Counted from the stretch's first letter, positions 26,991-40,806 are shown. The stretch: DNA of 64,000 nucleotides from Callorhinchus milii (GCF_018977255.1 NW_024704742.1:114888001-114952000), one strand, 5' to 3'. Numbers and translations are program-made. The notes: generated by a model not told the origin, from the letters alone.

Positions 26991-27075
26991 CTGATTTCGT
27001 AAGATTTCCAAGTTCTTCAGGGTTGTTCCATTGATTGACATGCACAAGCTTTTGTCTGAGAACCTGTTTAAGCTA
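26991..27075 (-). CDS. MSH3: MSH3 exon 11 (85 nt)
   Basis: SLNRFSDKSLCMSINGTTLKNLEILRNQ; tttcag| and |gtcaga sites. Confidence 0.95.
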
Positions 27076-27842
27076 CTGAAAGAAAAATAGAACGTTACAA
27101 TCACCAGGCATCCCCAGTGAAGTCCAGACATTCATCGAGGAATGTAGGAAAACAGCAACATTCAGCCCATTGTCCCTCTTACACCAGTTTATTATATCTT
27201 TTAAACCCAATAATTTAACTTTTTGCCATACCCTTAATACCTATACAAACCATACATTTAATATTTTCCCTTTTAAGCATGCCTACTGATTATCCTTCCA
27301 GCTTTCTGGGACAGAGTATTCCACAGCTTCACAACTCTCGGTTACCTGGTCAAACATGGACAGGTCGAGGGTCAGCCTGCACCTTTCCTTTGGAAGCTCT
27401 TTTATTATATTCTTATCCCCCTCAGAGCTACTTCATCTCAGAGAGACAGAATCTATACGAAGTCTCCTTCTCTATTAAAGCCTTTTCTCCCTCCAGCAGA
27501 CCCCAAATGTCCAGATCCAAAGTCCCAGGGCGAGAGTGGTAACTGAGCCAAGCTGATATGTAACCCAGTTACATGTCAACTTGGCTGTTCTGAAAAGGCA
27601 TCTCAGCAAACACATTAACCCACCTTTCTCTCACAGGTTCTGTGCAATTCAATTTTCGTTTCGATAATTATCAAATGTTGTTCCAAGTAACTGTATCTCC
27701 CAAAACAGTTTGCCATGAAAGTGACTGCACACAAGCATGCATGGATAAACATATATACATGTAAACACATAGAGCCCCCACCCCTTCCCCAAAATCCCCA
27801 CTCCTGCTTTCAAACACAAAAATCATATTTCACTGGACTCAC

Positions 27843-27957
27843 CGCTGACTTTGCAGGACTTTCTCCAAATTAAACTCAGACAAATATTTGATGACTGCAG
27901 CCAGACAGCAAACAACAGGTTTTTCCAGACTCGGTAATCTAGAAAGTTGCTGTGAAC
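27843..27957 (-). CDS. MSH3: MSH3 exon 10 (115 nt)
   Basis: [38 protein letters not shown]; ttttgtag| and |gtgagt sites. Confidence 0.95.
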
Positions 27958-28922
27958 CTACAAAACAAGGAGCAGTGTTTTTCAGTTTAACCACCTGAAC
28001 AAAACTGAAGCTAACGGTGCCTCCAGTAGGAGGCAGTCTTACACAAGCACAATCTTCAAACACTGCTGACTTGCGAGCTTCAAGAATCAGCAGCGGCTAA
28101 AGGAGAGGGCTCTCAACGGCTCTTTCTTCAAAAGCTGACTAGCTTCAATCAGCATTCAGTCTGGTCTGCCCTCACGGAGGAAATTTCACCAGCTTCAACT
28201 GTGAAGCCGCCTGAGATTCACTGCCAAGAGAGAGAAACTGGTGACCCAACCAATCACTGGCTAATAGACCGAAAGTCCAGTTGCTCTCCTGGGAAAAGGA
28301 GTGAATTAAGAATCACAGAACTTTTACAGTACAGGAGGCCATTCACCCCATTGTGTTTGCGCTAACCCCCCCTCCCCCCACTCTCCCAATATCGTTACCT
28401 GCCTTTAACCCTATTTTCCTGCACTTTTAGCAGCAGGTTTTCCTGGAGGAACAAAATAATAAGATAAATAAACCCTGGAATGAGAAGAGGGAATTCTATC
28501 CATCAAGCTTGATCCAACCTGAAACTGCACTTAATTCACTCTACCTTTCATAGAATATGCGCAATCCAATCTGCATGTTCTGCCATAATTTATGGTGTTA
28601 ATCTACAAAACACACAGTCATTACATTACAATATATTCTGAGAAGCCCTTTGAGACAGCTTACTGACGTCAAAGATGCAATGCCAAATCTAAGGAATATT
28701 ATTCTATCAAAACAGTCAGTATACAACATAATTATTTGGAGCCCTTCTGAAATGTAAATATTTTGACCTGATCCTTATTAAAAGCAAGATTACTATTGAA
28801 CTCACATCACACAGACAATGAACCAATCTTGTAGTAAATGCTAAAATCAAAGAGTTACTTTGGGGATGCATTGAATAATAATAAAGGTGCTGCAATAATA
28901 TCTAGCACTTCCTGCCTCTTAC

Positions 28923-29035
28923 CCAATATTTCACAGGGTCCACTTGCATAGAACTCAGAGACTGACTGGAAAGCGTGGCTGAACTCAAAGTGGATGTCGT
29001 CCATGCGCTCAACACGAATTCTGTCATCACGTAAA
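28923..29035 (-). CDS. MSH3: MSH3 exon 9 (113 nt)
   Basis: [37 protein letters not shown]; tgcag| and |gtaaga sites; phase-compatible with exons 8 and 10. Confidence 0.96.
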
Positions 29036-29301
29036 CTGCAACAAAAAAGATCAACACCGATTTGTTATTGTTTCTGGAGATCCTACAGCAGTAAACATCT
29101 GTGCTGGGGCAGGGACTCCTTTAACATTCAGTTTGAGGCTAAGGTTAGTGCAAATTGGCAGCAATGCTGTGCATCTACAGATCATTCTGTATAGGAGTCT
29201 GGACATCAAGGATCAGCAGGTAATTCAACTGTGAGAGGAATCACAGTCAATTCTTCCTTTATACAAAATTCTGTCAAGCTCTTCCAATGGGAGTTGCTGG
29301 A

Positions 29302-29632
29302 TAATAATAAATAATAATAATCCTTGCATTTGATATAGCGCTTTTCACGTCGGGAGGACGTCCCAAAGCGCTTCACAGAACACACTGTAAAGTGAATTGA
29401 GTGTATATTTTGTGGGCGAACGCGGCAGCCAATTGCGCACAACAATGTCCCACAAACAGTCGTGGATTGAAAATGACCAATTTATTATTGTTTTTTGGTT
29501 TTGGAGGGATTATTATTAGGCTCTGTGTGGAGTAAGGAAACTTGTCCAAGGTTTCGCCCTGACCTGCCTGGAATTGAACTCAGGTCTCTCGCTTGCAAAG
29601 CGAGTGCTCTAACCACTGAGCCACAGGACTCC
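29302..29632 (-). mobile_element. SINE family A, young short subfamily
   Basis: Nearly identical to 53409-53725; CpGs retained. Confidence 0.92.
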
Positions 29633-30441
29633 GATAGCAATCAATGAAGGAAGACTTGTTCAGGGCTCCTCATTGTAGCACTTCTATGGTTATTCTTGAG
29701 CAGCACAGATAGTAATGGCCCCTGCAGCCTACCTGGTCTCTCTAGTGGCTCCGTTTCACACTGCGCTTTGAGTTTACCAACTCAACCATCAGAAAATTGA
29801 GAGAGGGGACATCTACAACTGGTATCCAGGAATTGATTACCGGTTGTAGATCAGCAATAACCAATCAGCATAAAAGTCAGGCAGATGTAAGTACTTTCTA
29901 AGGAGATAGAATTAAAAAATACAGACCAAGAAATGTTATGCACTCCGATACACTACCCTGTGTGAAGGGCACTATATTATGTATCATACAGTAAACCCTC
30001 ACCTAAACTGGACTGGAAAATTTCCACAGGCTCCAACCAGCCCAACTCTCCTAGCAGGCGACAACACTGCACTCCCCATGATCCTACAGCTTATGCCACC
30101 AAGTTGCAGCAAATAAACATCTTCAAACTTTTATCACCACCTTTTAAAGGCTGAAGAAAGGCCACAGTCACATTAGTGTTGTGTGAAAGTTTTGAACATC
30201 TTCAGGTTTTATACTGTATAAAAACATATTACCACAATTTAAATTGGGGAAAAAAGCCAACTTTGTTTTTAAATGTTCATTACTGTCACATAAAATCTAT
30301 TAAATTTATAGGCGGGTGTATTTAGGATTTTAGCAAGGGATATAATAGAATTAAATTGTTTCCCTCTCAGAAGTCTGAAACATGGAGAAGCCCAGAAACA
30401 CGCAGAAGCTGCTGGGAATGCATGCTACTCCTGTTTTCACC

Positions 30442-30582
30442 CAACACACACACACACCCCCAACGACACACACACCCCCAACGACACACACACCCCAACG
30501 ACACACACACCCCCAACGACACACACACCCCAACGACACACACACCCCCAACGACACACACCCCCCCAACGACACACACACA
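30442..30582. repeat. 17-18 bp minisatellite CAACGACACACACAC(4-5), 7 units, CA-microsatellite derived
   Basis: CAACGAC starts at 30461, 30479, 30496, 30514, 30531, 30549 and 30567. Confidence 0.95.
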
Positions 30583-31912
30583 AAAACGTTCAAAAGTGAT
30601 CATGGGTCCCCGACTGAAATCAGCTAATTACACAGAGACTGGAGATGGAACCAGGGGATCTTTCTGGTCTGTATGGCTCAGTTTCAGTCTTTATAAACTA
30701 TTCAAACTATTCTATTGGGGATGTTTTCTCATAGCATTCTCAACAAATTATGGATAAGTGCTTAAAAGTACTATCCCTCACCAATCCAAAAGTAAAGTTT
30801 CAAAAGAAATGTAAAATTTTACATAACTCCCGCTCACAACTCACATAATTTTTTCACCAACTATCAATTTCCCTTTTGAATTTGCTAACAATAATTATAA
30901 TTATTGCATTTGATTATAGCCCCTTTCACATCAAGAGGATGCCTCAAAACACTTCAGAGGATTTACTGGAAAGTTTATTTTTGAAGGCAAATGTAGCAGC
31001 CAATTTGTGCATAGCCATGTCCCCCAGACAGCCATGATGAATGATCACGATGTTGGCCAGGACACCGGGAGAAACTACCATCTCTTTTCAAATTGAAACA
31101 ATGTCTATTCCACATATATTCATCACCCTTGGTATAAAGTAATTAAATCTGTACTTTCTCTGTGTAGTCTACCTGATCTGCCCCTCTTCTGAAGCCATGT
31201 CCATGCCCCATGACTATGTTAATAATAATCCTTGCATTTGGTATAGCTCCATTATCACATCTCATGGCACTTCTTTGTTGAATTTAGTCACAGCCTCTCC
31301 AAAACCCAACTGGCATCACAACCACTAAACTTAAAAAAAAAATCAATTTCCTTGTCAAAAAGTCTGTTCACAACAATCTTGCAACCAAGTTTCACAAGTA
31401 AAACAAGGCATCATTCCTGCACAGGAAAAACTGTCAGATACAATCCCCTTATATGCTGGTTATTTAACACCCATTCAGAGAACATTATTTTTCATTATTC
31501 TCTACGGAGACTTTTGGTGGTCATGGAAACAGAACAACAGCATAACATTTCCAAGGTAAAGAGCAGTTTCCTACAAATACATAGAGACACCAAAAATGCT
31601 AACTTGTGGTGTAGAAAGTATTTCTACGCATGTAGATCAAGTTCATGTTCAAGATGTTCTAAAGTGCTTCACATGAGTTGCTGTAAAGTGTAATGACTAT
31701 GTATTTGTAAACAAGCTCAGCAGCTATCCACAAACAATTTACACATAGCAATGTCCCACAAAGAGCCATCAAATGGATGACCAATTTTCTCTGTCGGCCA
31801 GGAAACTCGGTAGGGGAGGGAAACAATTATGTATTCTTAGCATCAGCTGCCCTTTGTTTTTTGATTCATTTCCAACACTGAATGTTTTTTAGTTTTGCTC
31901 AGAGCCAAAATT

Positions 31913-32250
31913 TGGAGTTCTGTAGCTTAGTGGTTAAAGCACTAGTCTCACAAGTGAGAGGGCCTGTGTACGATTCCCGGGAAGCACAAAACTTTAGGTA
32001 CGTTTCCTTACTCCACATGCCTAGCAGTAAGTAGGAACCCAGTTCGTAGTCCATTGGTGGATCTCTTTTCGGGAGTAATAATCCTTTTTTAAAAACATTT
32101 GGTCACTCAATCTACGACTGTTTGTGGGACACTGCGGTGCGCAATTGGCTGCCGTGTTCAGCCCATACAATACAGTCAATTCACTGTGAAGTGTTTGCGA
32201 TGCCTCAACAACATGATAAGGTGCTATATCAAATGCAAGGATTATTATTA
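31913..32250 (+). mobile_element. SINE family A copy
   Basis: ggagttctgtagcttagtgg head through gcaaggattattat tail. Confidence 0.85.
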
Positions 32251-32934
32251 TCATAAAGAATGTCTGTACTGTTATCGGATATGCAAAATAATTATAATTC
32301 TGGAAGAATCTAATATACAAGTCTGATGAAAAAGGAGTGGGCTAAATGAGGAATTCAGTTGTAATCCACATCAATATCAGTCCCCCAAAATAAAAGCTTA
32401 AAAAGGAAAACAAAAGAAATATCAATCATACAAATTATATTCCTTTCTCGTGCAATCCACAAAGCTCTCAAAACCTTTTGCTATCGTGCAAAGCATGGGA
32501 TTTAGCTGCAGGCAGAACTGGCATCAATCGCCATGTGCACTGATCCTTCAGATGATTAGAACTCAAAATACATCCAGAGCCTAACATTTGCATTTCAGAA
32601 TCATCGAGCACCTTGATTAAATATTTCCCTGCTTGACAACAGCAGTTTTGGTCATCGGTGAGCCAAAGGTGCTCTTGTTAAGGATTGCAAGGAAAGAGTT
32701 AAAATTCTAGTAATCACTCTACCTGCTGCCAGGAGACTCAGCACCCAAGGCCCAAATTCCACACACTCTTAGCCTTGATGTCGTTATCTTAAAACTGAAG
32801 ATCGTGCAAAATATTGGAAAATGCTTCAATACTGACGTAATTTCCTAAAACACAGACAGCTTTGGAATGAAGTTCGAATTTAAGAATTTTCCAAAATTCT
32901 GCATTATGTTAAATTTGAAGGCGATAATCAATAA

Positions 32935-33270
32935 ATATAAAAAATAATCCTCACATTTGATACAACATCTTCCTCGTCGGTAGGACATCCCAAAGTGCTT
33001 CACACAAGTTACTGTAAAGTATAGTGACTGTGTATTCATAGGCGAACGTAGCAGCCAATCTTTGCAAAGCAATGTCCCACAACCAACCATGAAGTGAATG
33101 ATCGATTTTATCTCGGCGATTATTGGCCAGGACACTGGGGGAAACTCCGTTCTCTTTTCTAAGAGTGTCACATGATCCTGAAAATTCACCTGAACAACCT
33201 CAGTCTAATGTCTCATCTAGAAGACAGCATCTCCAACAATGCAGCACTCCCCCAGCACCACACTAGTTTC
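32935..33270 (-). mobile_element. Deu-domain SINE, family B
   Basis: tattggccaggacactgg...cacctgaac...gacagcatctccaacaatgcagcactcc is the reverse complement of the Deu core. Confidence 0.78.
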
Positions 33271-33934
33271 AGCCTGAACGGAGTAAAGAGGAGTGACTTG
33301 GAGGAGTCCCTCCATCCCAGCACAAATTATGGGACAACATTCTGAGCTGTTTCTGGTGAGACAAGACCGCACAGATCTGTAATACAGTGATGTTAGGGTT
33401 AGATATCATTGATCTGGTCTGACTACAGAACAAGGATGACTGCGTTACAGAGGTTATTAATCTGGTTGGATTGTACACAAACATGTATACAGTCATTCTT
33501 GGAATCAGACTTTCAAAGGCAAGGCTTTTTCATTTTCATTAATACCATTCTCATAAACATAGGACCAATGGAAGGAGATCAGGAGGGAGAGAAAGCAGGA
33601 AGAACTGAGTAGAGGGTGTTTGGTGTGACTGTTGGATTTTTGTAACTGGAGAGCTGAAATAAAAGTGTGTTCTACACCTTGTTTGTTGAGAACATAGCAA
33701 AGTCCATTTGTAGGAGTTTTGCAGACTTCTCTGAACACTACAAGTGTTAACACATCTTGCATTATGCGGCAAACTGGGGCAAAATGCCACATACCAGTGG
33801 TTCCTTAATCTTGTAAAGAAATGTTAGGGGTAAATGGGAATGAAAGTTCCTTTAAAAATAACTATGGTGATGACTACGAAGCTGTTATTCGCTTAGTTGA
33901 TGAATATTTATATCAGTTTTTTTTTAAAGGTTCA

Positions 33935-34413
33935 CTCCACCCAACTCTGGAACACTCTCCCTCAATCCCTCCGCCTTGCCCCTTCCTTCCTCTTCTTCAC
34001 CTGAAGACCTTCTTCACCTGAAGACCTTCTTCACCTGAAGACCTTCTTCACCTGAAGACCTTCTTCACCTGAAGACCTTCTTCACCTGAAGACCTTCTTC
34101 ACCTGAAGACCTTCTTCACCTGAAGACCTTCTTCACCTGAAGACCTTCTTCACCTGAAGACCTTCTTCACCTGAAGACCTTCTTCACCTGAAGACCTTCT
34201 TCACCTGAAGACCTTCTTCACCTGAAGACCTTCTTCACCTGAAGACCTTCTTCACCTGAAGACCTTCTTCACCTGAAGACCTTCCTCTTTGACCATGCTT
34301 ACAGTCACACACCCCCCCTATCCACCCCCTGGTTCGGCCTCAGACTCCGCCACTGTCAAGTGCTCAGAGATGCTACCCTCCATGAGGGGCATTATATAAA
34401 TGTAAGTTGTTGT
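33935..34413 (+). mobile_element. L2 LINE 3' fragment containing a tandem array
   Basis: actctggaacactctccctcaatccctccg...aagaccttcctctttgacc...(GTT)n; homologous to 63365-63700. Confidence 0.85.
33992..34280. repeat. Perfect minisatellite, 17 copies of CTTCTTCACCTGAAGAC
   Basis: 289 bp = 17 x 17; no variant units seen. Confidence 0.97.
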
Positions 34414-34766
34414 TATAATAATAATCCTTGCATTTGATATAGCGACTTATCACATAATTGAGACGTCTCAAAGTGCTTCACAAAACATACTGTAAAGAGA
34501 ATTGACTGTACATTTTGTGGACAAAACTCAGCAGCTAAGTGTCCATCAAACGTCATGATTTCAGTGACCAAATTTTTAATTTTTTTAAATTTATTTTGAA
34601 AGATTACCACCCTGGGAAGTAATCCGCCAATCGACTAACAACCAGGTTCCTACTTAGAGGCGTGTGGAGGAAGAAAACTTGCCTAAGGTTTTGCCCTGCC
34701 CGGGAATCAAATCCAGGTTCTCTCGCTTGGGAGGTAAGAGCTCTAAGCAATAAGCTACAGGACTCC
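34414..34766 (-). mobile_element. SINE family A copy
   Basis: Head at 34766; tail abuts the L2 tail at about 34413. Confidence 0.87.
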
Positions 34767-37027
34767 AATCTTAAATGATTATACGGTTTCACTGCTGTGG
34801 TCTCACTAAGAACCAAAGTGATCCCTGATCACTGAGGAGCAAGTGGCTCCCAGCCTCTCCAAAACTCCAGCCAACCTTCCTCAGCTCTGAATAAACTAAG
34901 AGAACTCAGCTCCCTGGCTCCCACCCAGAGCTGGGGCGACAAGCGGGGATTGCCAGGAGCTTTGGGACATCGTTCCAAAGCGAGATGCGCTGTGTAAATG
35001 TAAATATCAATTTGCTGCTGTTTTTGTTGTCGAAATGTTTCAAAACTTGACAGTTTATAAAACGCAGATTCAAAAGTCAGTCACGTTCGGAAACATTTTG
35101 TCACACAAGGGTTAGCTATATGTCAGATGCACAGCACCTGGAAATTAAGTATCGTTCCGTTATTAAAAGCCAATTTTTAATCAGCTAAAGGCACCCAACA
35201 TCCTCATTATAAAAAAAATCAAACCCAAATGTTGCCATGGCACTGCCAGGATCCAGCTAATGAACTAGCTCCAAACATCGCAGATATAAAAGCAAATCTC
35301 CACCAACATACGAGAGCGGGAATTTGCAGGAAAACATGCACAAGCTTTCAAAAAGAATAAATCTACAGATGCAACATTGATAGAATTGTATTTTTTTTTG
35401 TATAGCCCCCCCCCTCTAAAAGGAAGTCTTAAAAATCATCACATATGTAACTACTTTGGAAAATCTTAGCCCCTGTTGTTTCACGCGAGCCTCATGCTCG
35501 TAGTTTAGACTAAAATAAAATCCCCAGAGTCCAAAATTTCCCATATTCTTTGGCTGAAGACTGTCTTCTTAGCATTTCAAATTGTGTGCAGTTTTGGAAA
35601 ACAGTATAGATTCAATCTGAATTTGGATGCCGATTCTCCACAGTTCTCTTTGGTGTCTGAATTAAAGCTGGATTTAATTTTGTTTCCTTACATTTAAAGA
35701 CAATGGTCTTCGGCCAAAAACATGAGGAGTTTCAGGCCTCTGGTCTGTAGCAAACCAAAGTAAATGGCATCGTACACAGATTTAATTACAATCCGAGCAG
35801 TCTACCGCATGTCCTTCACTCCGACAAAGGTTAGCAAACCGTTTTCCTCTACTTCGTACCATAGAGTTATGACTAGAACAAGGGTTATATCCCCTCAGGT
35901 CTTCAAATGAGGAGCAACAAAAGTACATAGAGACAGTTCCTGACTAATTAGAAGCTCTAAACTGGGTAAGAAGGTTAAAAGGCATGAAGTGTCTACACTT
36001 GGCGATCAGGACGTGGCATCTCTGGACAGGATTACAAGAACATCATTAAGATGATTGCTTTGCTGAAATAAATTGTTCCCTTGGTCCTCTTACTCCAACA
36101 GTTTAGTATGGCATTTCTTGACAGCTTTGCATTGCATTTCTTGAAAGCCTATAAGCATCGAAGGATCAACGGAATACTAAACACAAGTAGGAAATAACAA
36201 TAACAAAGAGGCAGCAGAAAATAGTTTAACAAATTATATTAGGTTTACCCAAAACAATTTTCAACTGAATACCTATAACAAGCATCAGCAATGTAATAGG
36301 CATTGCAGCCACATAAGTACAGTAATGTAACAGCCACACTAATGGGACTGGCCCATTGTTAGTATGGAAAATGTGGATAATGGGTCAACGTAGAAACTAT
36401 AAATTGGTTACAGTGCTGAACAAAATATTATTCCTTCATGAGTTATATTGTACCATACTGTGCTGGTATTTCTCCCTTTTTCTATTCCAACACCTCTTTT
36501 GCTGAACTCCCCAGCTCCTCTCTGCACAAGCTATGCAGATTGACACAACTCGGTAGCCTGTATCATACTCCATGAGTCCATCAAACCCCCCCATCCTCGC
36601 TCCGCTCCACTGGATCCCCAGCGAATTGGCAATACAAATACAGCAGATTATCTCTGTGTCAATTCTCCACAAGCACTCCCTGACTCAGCTCTTTGGGACG
36701 TCCTCCCAACGTGAAAGGCGCTCTATAAATGTAATTTTGTTGTTGTTGTCAGCTCCTGGCTCCACTCGCCTCTTATGAAATTGTCATGAAATGCTATTTG
36801 ATGGTGCGGAAGGAATAATCCCACGTTGAATTGACGCAAAAAGTGCAGAATATGAATCAGCTTTGGGCATCATGGATTTAATATGACATCATGCTCCCAA
36901 ACTCAGATCAGGAATGAATCAATACCACGGAGGCAGTGTAAATCCAGGGTGTTCCGCACTAACTTTAATGAATCGTCAGCAATATCAGGGGCTTTGAGGC
37001 ATCCTTCCAACGTGAAAGGCGTTGTAT

Positions 37028-37383
37028 AAAATAATAATCCTTGCATTCGACATGGCGCCTTATCATGTCTGTGAGACGTCTCAAAGCGCTTCATAGAATA
37101 TACTGTAAAGTGAATTGACTGTATATGTTGTGGCCGTAATGTGCCAGACAATTGCGCACAAACAGTCGTGGATTGAGTGACCAATTTTTTAAAAATTATT
37201 TTTTGAAGGGATTATTATCTCCCAGAAAAGCAATCCGCTAATCGACTAACAACTTGTTCCTGCTAGGTAAACAGAGACGTGTGGGGTAAGGAAAATTGCC
37301 TAACATTACGCCTTGTCCGGGAATCGAACCCAGGTCCTCTCACTTGTGAGGCTAGAGCTCTAACCAATAGGCCACAGGACTCC
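37028..37383 (-). mobile_element. SINE family A copy, long form
   Basis: Full head, central block and tail. Confidence 0.88.
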
Positions 37384-39330
37384 GCAACTGTAAATTGTAC
37401 TTTATTATGCTCTTTAATTTATACACAACAATGTCTGATATGAATAAAATCACAAATGGTAGAAATTCACTGTTCCTATAAAGAAGGGTTAACCAAGCAT
37501 TAACCTATTTTTCTCCCTTCCTGATTCTCATCAGCATCCGTTTACTTTTAATAGTGCCCAACAAATGAATCTGCAGAGAAACTCTGCCAAGTTAGGATGA
37601 GCTCAGTTTTGTTTCAAAGAGCATTCACAATAAGAAAAAGACTGAGATCATATAAACATTGGTTTTAATTGGTATGTGATTATTTTTTTCCAATTGTTAT
37701 AGAAATTACACCACAGCTTCGATAATCTGCCAATTTTAACTATCTAGAGGGGATCGGGGGAGTGGATCAGGGGAAGGGAGAGGTTTGCATAAGGAGACAT
37801 CTCTCCTGATAGAGGAAACAAGATATTTTAAAACACAGAAATAACGACTGCGGGGAGTCACTCTCCCCCCACCCCAAGACAGCAGGCCGTCACCCAACCC
37901 CGCCCCGAACACAACAGTGGGCATCACTCTACCCCTACTTCCCCCGACCATGACGGCGGCATCAATCTCTACCCCTTCCCCCGCGACAACTACAGTGACC
38001 GTGAAGAGCCACTCCACCCCAGATTATTGGTGGGGCGTCTGATAGAAGCTGCTCAGAGACATGCACCGGCTTTCCTCTGCTCCCCCAAACTATACATCAG
38101 AAAAGATCCAGGTGCAAAACAGCAAGTTTTCACCATTGTGAAATGACTTGCATAATCCAAAGGTACAACATTAAATCGGTGAACAGTTTATAATCATTTC
38201 ATACTCCCCAGGATTTCCTTCTCAAAGAATAGGCAAATGTTTAGGAAATTACAGCCTTGTTTGAGGGTTAGTTAATCTCCTGGCACATTTTAACAATGTT
38301 TTTGTTACTTTTCAAACGTTCTCCTCCACATAAACACACCATGTGGGGAGCTGGTTCAAGAAAACAAATCCAAAATCTTTTTCCAGAATAGCTACACAAG
38401 TCTGAAACACATACAGCTTTATGGACAAATAAAAAGAATGGATCAAAGTCTAAGAGATGATAAACAAATCCCAGAAATATGGAAATAATTAGGTTCATTA
38501 AAGGACCTCAAATGTTGTTGCCTGCTTTTAATTCCCATTCCTTATGGTCATTTTAAAGTTCCTGCCCTCAACTTTCAAGCCAAAGAATTATCGTGACACT
38601 GTGTCGATTATCTGCACTATTTAGCGCTGGTTCCATTGTGGATATGGAAACAGTGCAGATAAATGGGTCATCACACAAAAGAAAAACAGGGTACAATGTT
38701 AACCAAAACCTTCCTCCATCAGGACTTAAGATTGTCAATACAATAACACACATCAGATCTTCACTTTCTCAATCTCTCTCACTTCCTGAATCCCTTCCTC
38801 TCTGGGTCACACTAACTTTCTAACTTTTTCAGACTATCTATTTCTCTCTAAATGTCCCTCCTTTCGCTCGGAGTCTCTCTCTCTCTCTCTCTCACCCTAT
38901 AATCTGTAAAAACTTGCTCAATAACCGCACTTACTCTGATTTGCTGAATCAGAGCCACACTGCACGGCTAAATCGTGATCTTGAGAACTTCATGACAAGT
39001 GCACAACTAAACATCATTTGCCAGCACAACAATTCTGCCTCTGAGTCTGATGCAGAAAAGACAATATGTGGATAATCAGCCTGGGTTACCCAACATCTGT
39101 TGTACTAGGAAAGGTACTCATATACAGCATAATACAGACATGAAAGTGCCATGTTTCTTTCCTTCTATACACAGTTAAAGGTTTAGAGTTGACCATCTAG
39201 CCCATCCCATCTAACTTCCCACAAGATTCTTTTAAAGTATCCAAGTCTACGTGATGACGGAGAAAGTAATAGAGGGGTATGAGAGGTGGATAGGGAGAGA
39301 AATTAGGAAGAGTTCGTTCATATGGAGTAC

Positions 39331-40806
39331 AAGAACATAGGAAATGCTAGACGACCAAGGTCATCTAGCTAGACGACCAAAAAGACCAAGGTCCATCTTG
39401 CTCGTCTTCCACCTTCCTGGCGGTCACATGCACATATGTCCCAAATTACCTATGTACTATATCCCATAATGTTATTTCCTAAAAGAAAACTATCTAATCT
39501 GCGTTTGAAAGAATCAACACGTCCTGCTTCAACCATCACCCTAGGGAGCCTGTTCCACAGGTTCACTATTCACTCACTGAAATAGTGTTTGTGTAGATTT
39601 GTTCTGAATTTACCCCCCTTCAATCGCAGGCCGTGCGTGTCCTCTGGCTTTACTGTTCTGGACACGTTGAAACAGCCTGTCATGATCTATATTGTTGAGC
39701 CCCTTTAGAATCTTAAAGACAGCAATCATGTCGCCTCTCAATCTTCTCTTTTCCAGCGTGAACATGCCCAATTTACTTAGTTGCTCCTCAGAGTCCAGTC
39801 CCTCCATTCCTTCAATCATTTGGTTGTCCTCCTCTGTATCTTCTTGATTTCTCCAATATCCTTTTTGAACAGAGGTGACCAGAACTGTACACAGTACTCT
39901 AAGTAGTCTCACCAATGATTTATACAGTGCCAGGATTGCCCCACTATTTTGGCTTGCTATTGATCTTTTGATACATCCCAACATCTGGTTTGCTTTACTC
40001 ACTGCCACAGAGCATTGTTAAGAGAGCTTCAATTTATTGTCAATCAGGAACCTCAGGTCCTATTCATTTTCCCTACATATTATTTTCCTTCCATTCAAAT
40101 AATAGTCCTTCCAGGATTTTTTTGTCCCCATATGAAGTACTTTACATTTCTCCACTTTGAATTTCATATGCCACCGATCTGCCCAATTCCCAAGTATGTT
40201 CAAATCCTCCTGTAACCTATCTTGTCCAGCTTTGCAATCTACCACCTTCATTAGCTTGGTGTCATCTGCAAACTTAGCCACTGTGTTTGCGACTTCTAGT
40301 TCCAGATCATTTATAAAAATATTAAGCAAAAGAGTTCCCAAAACAAACACTTGTGGAACTCCACTGGTAACAGTTTCCCAGTCTGATAACATTCCCTGTA
40401 TCACCACCCTCTGGGTTCTTCCGGTCAACCAGTTGCATATCCATTGTAATATACCTCCACTGATTTCTGCTTTCTTTACTTCGAGTACCAGCCTCTCAAG
40501 AGGAACTGTATCAAAGGCATTACTGAAATCCAGTTATACAATATCCATGGCCTTAGCCTTATCAAGCTCCCTTGTCACACCGTCAAAGAAAACCAAGAAA
40601 TTAGATTTCCCTTTCATGAACCCATAATGGCTATCATTTATGATTTTAGTTCTGTCCAGATGCTCCATAATTTTACCCACAATGGACATCAAAGTTATTG
40701 GTCTGTAGTTTCCTGGGTCACTTTTGTTAACTTTCTTAAAAATAGGAGTAATATCTGCCTTTCTCCAGTCCCCTGGCACCTCTCCAGTATTCAGTGATTT
40801 TTGAAA
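39331..40806 (-). mobile_element. CR1 LINE with disrupted reverse transcriptase, a different family from the plus-strand copies
   Basis: ORF fragments WRKADITPIFKK..DPGNYRPITL, SGVPQ..LG..L.NIFINDL..KFADDTKL, KRRLRGDMIAVFKILKG; frameshifted. Confidence 0.95.

Noticed and set aside
30150..30200. Second hammerhead motif (CTGAAGA...GAAAGTT)
   Set aside because: Stem II is imperfect and I could not form convincing stems I and III.
30351..30757. His/Thr/Pro-rich and Cys/Val/Gly-rich ORFs
   Set aside because: These are translations of the CA-derived minisatellite.
33992..34280. CRISPR-like array of palindromic repeats
   Set aside because: No spacers, units are directly tandem, no cas genes, and it sits inside an L2 in a vertebrate intron.
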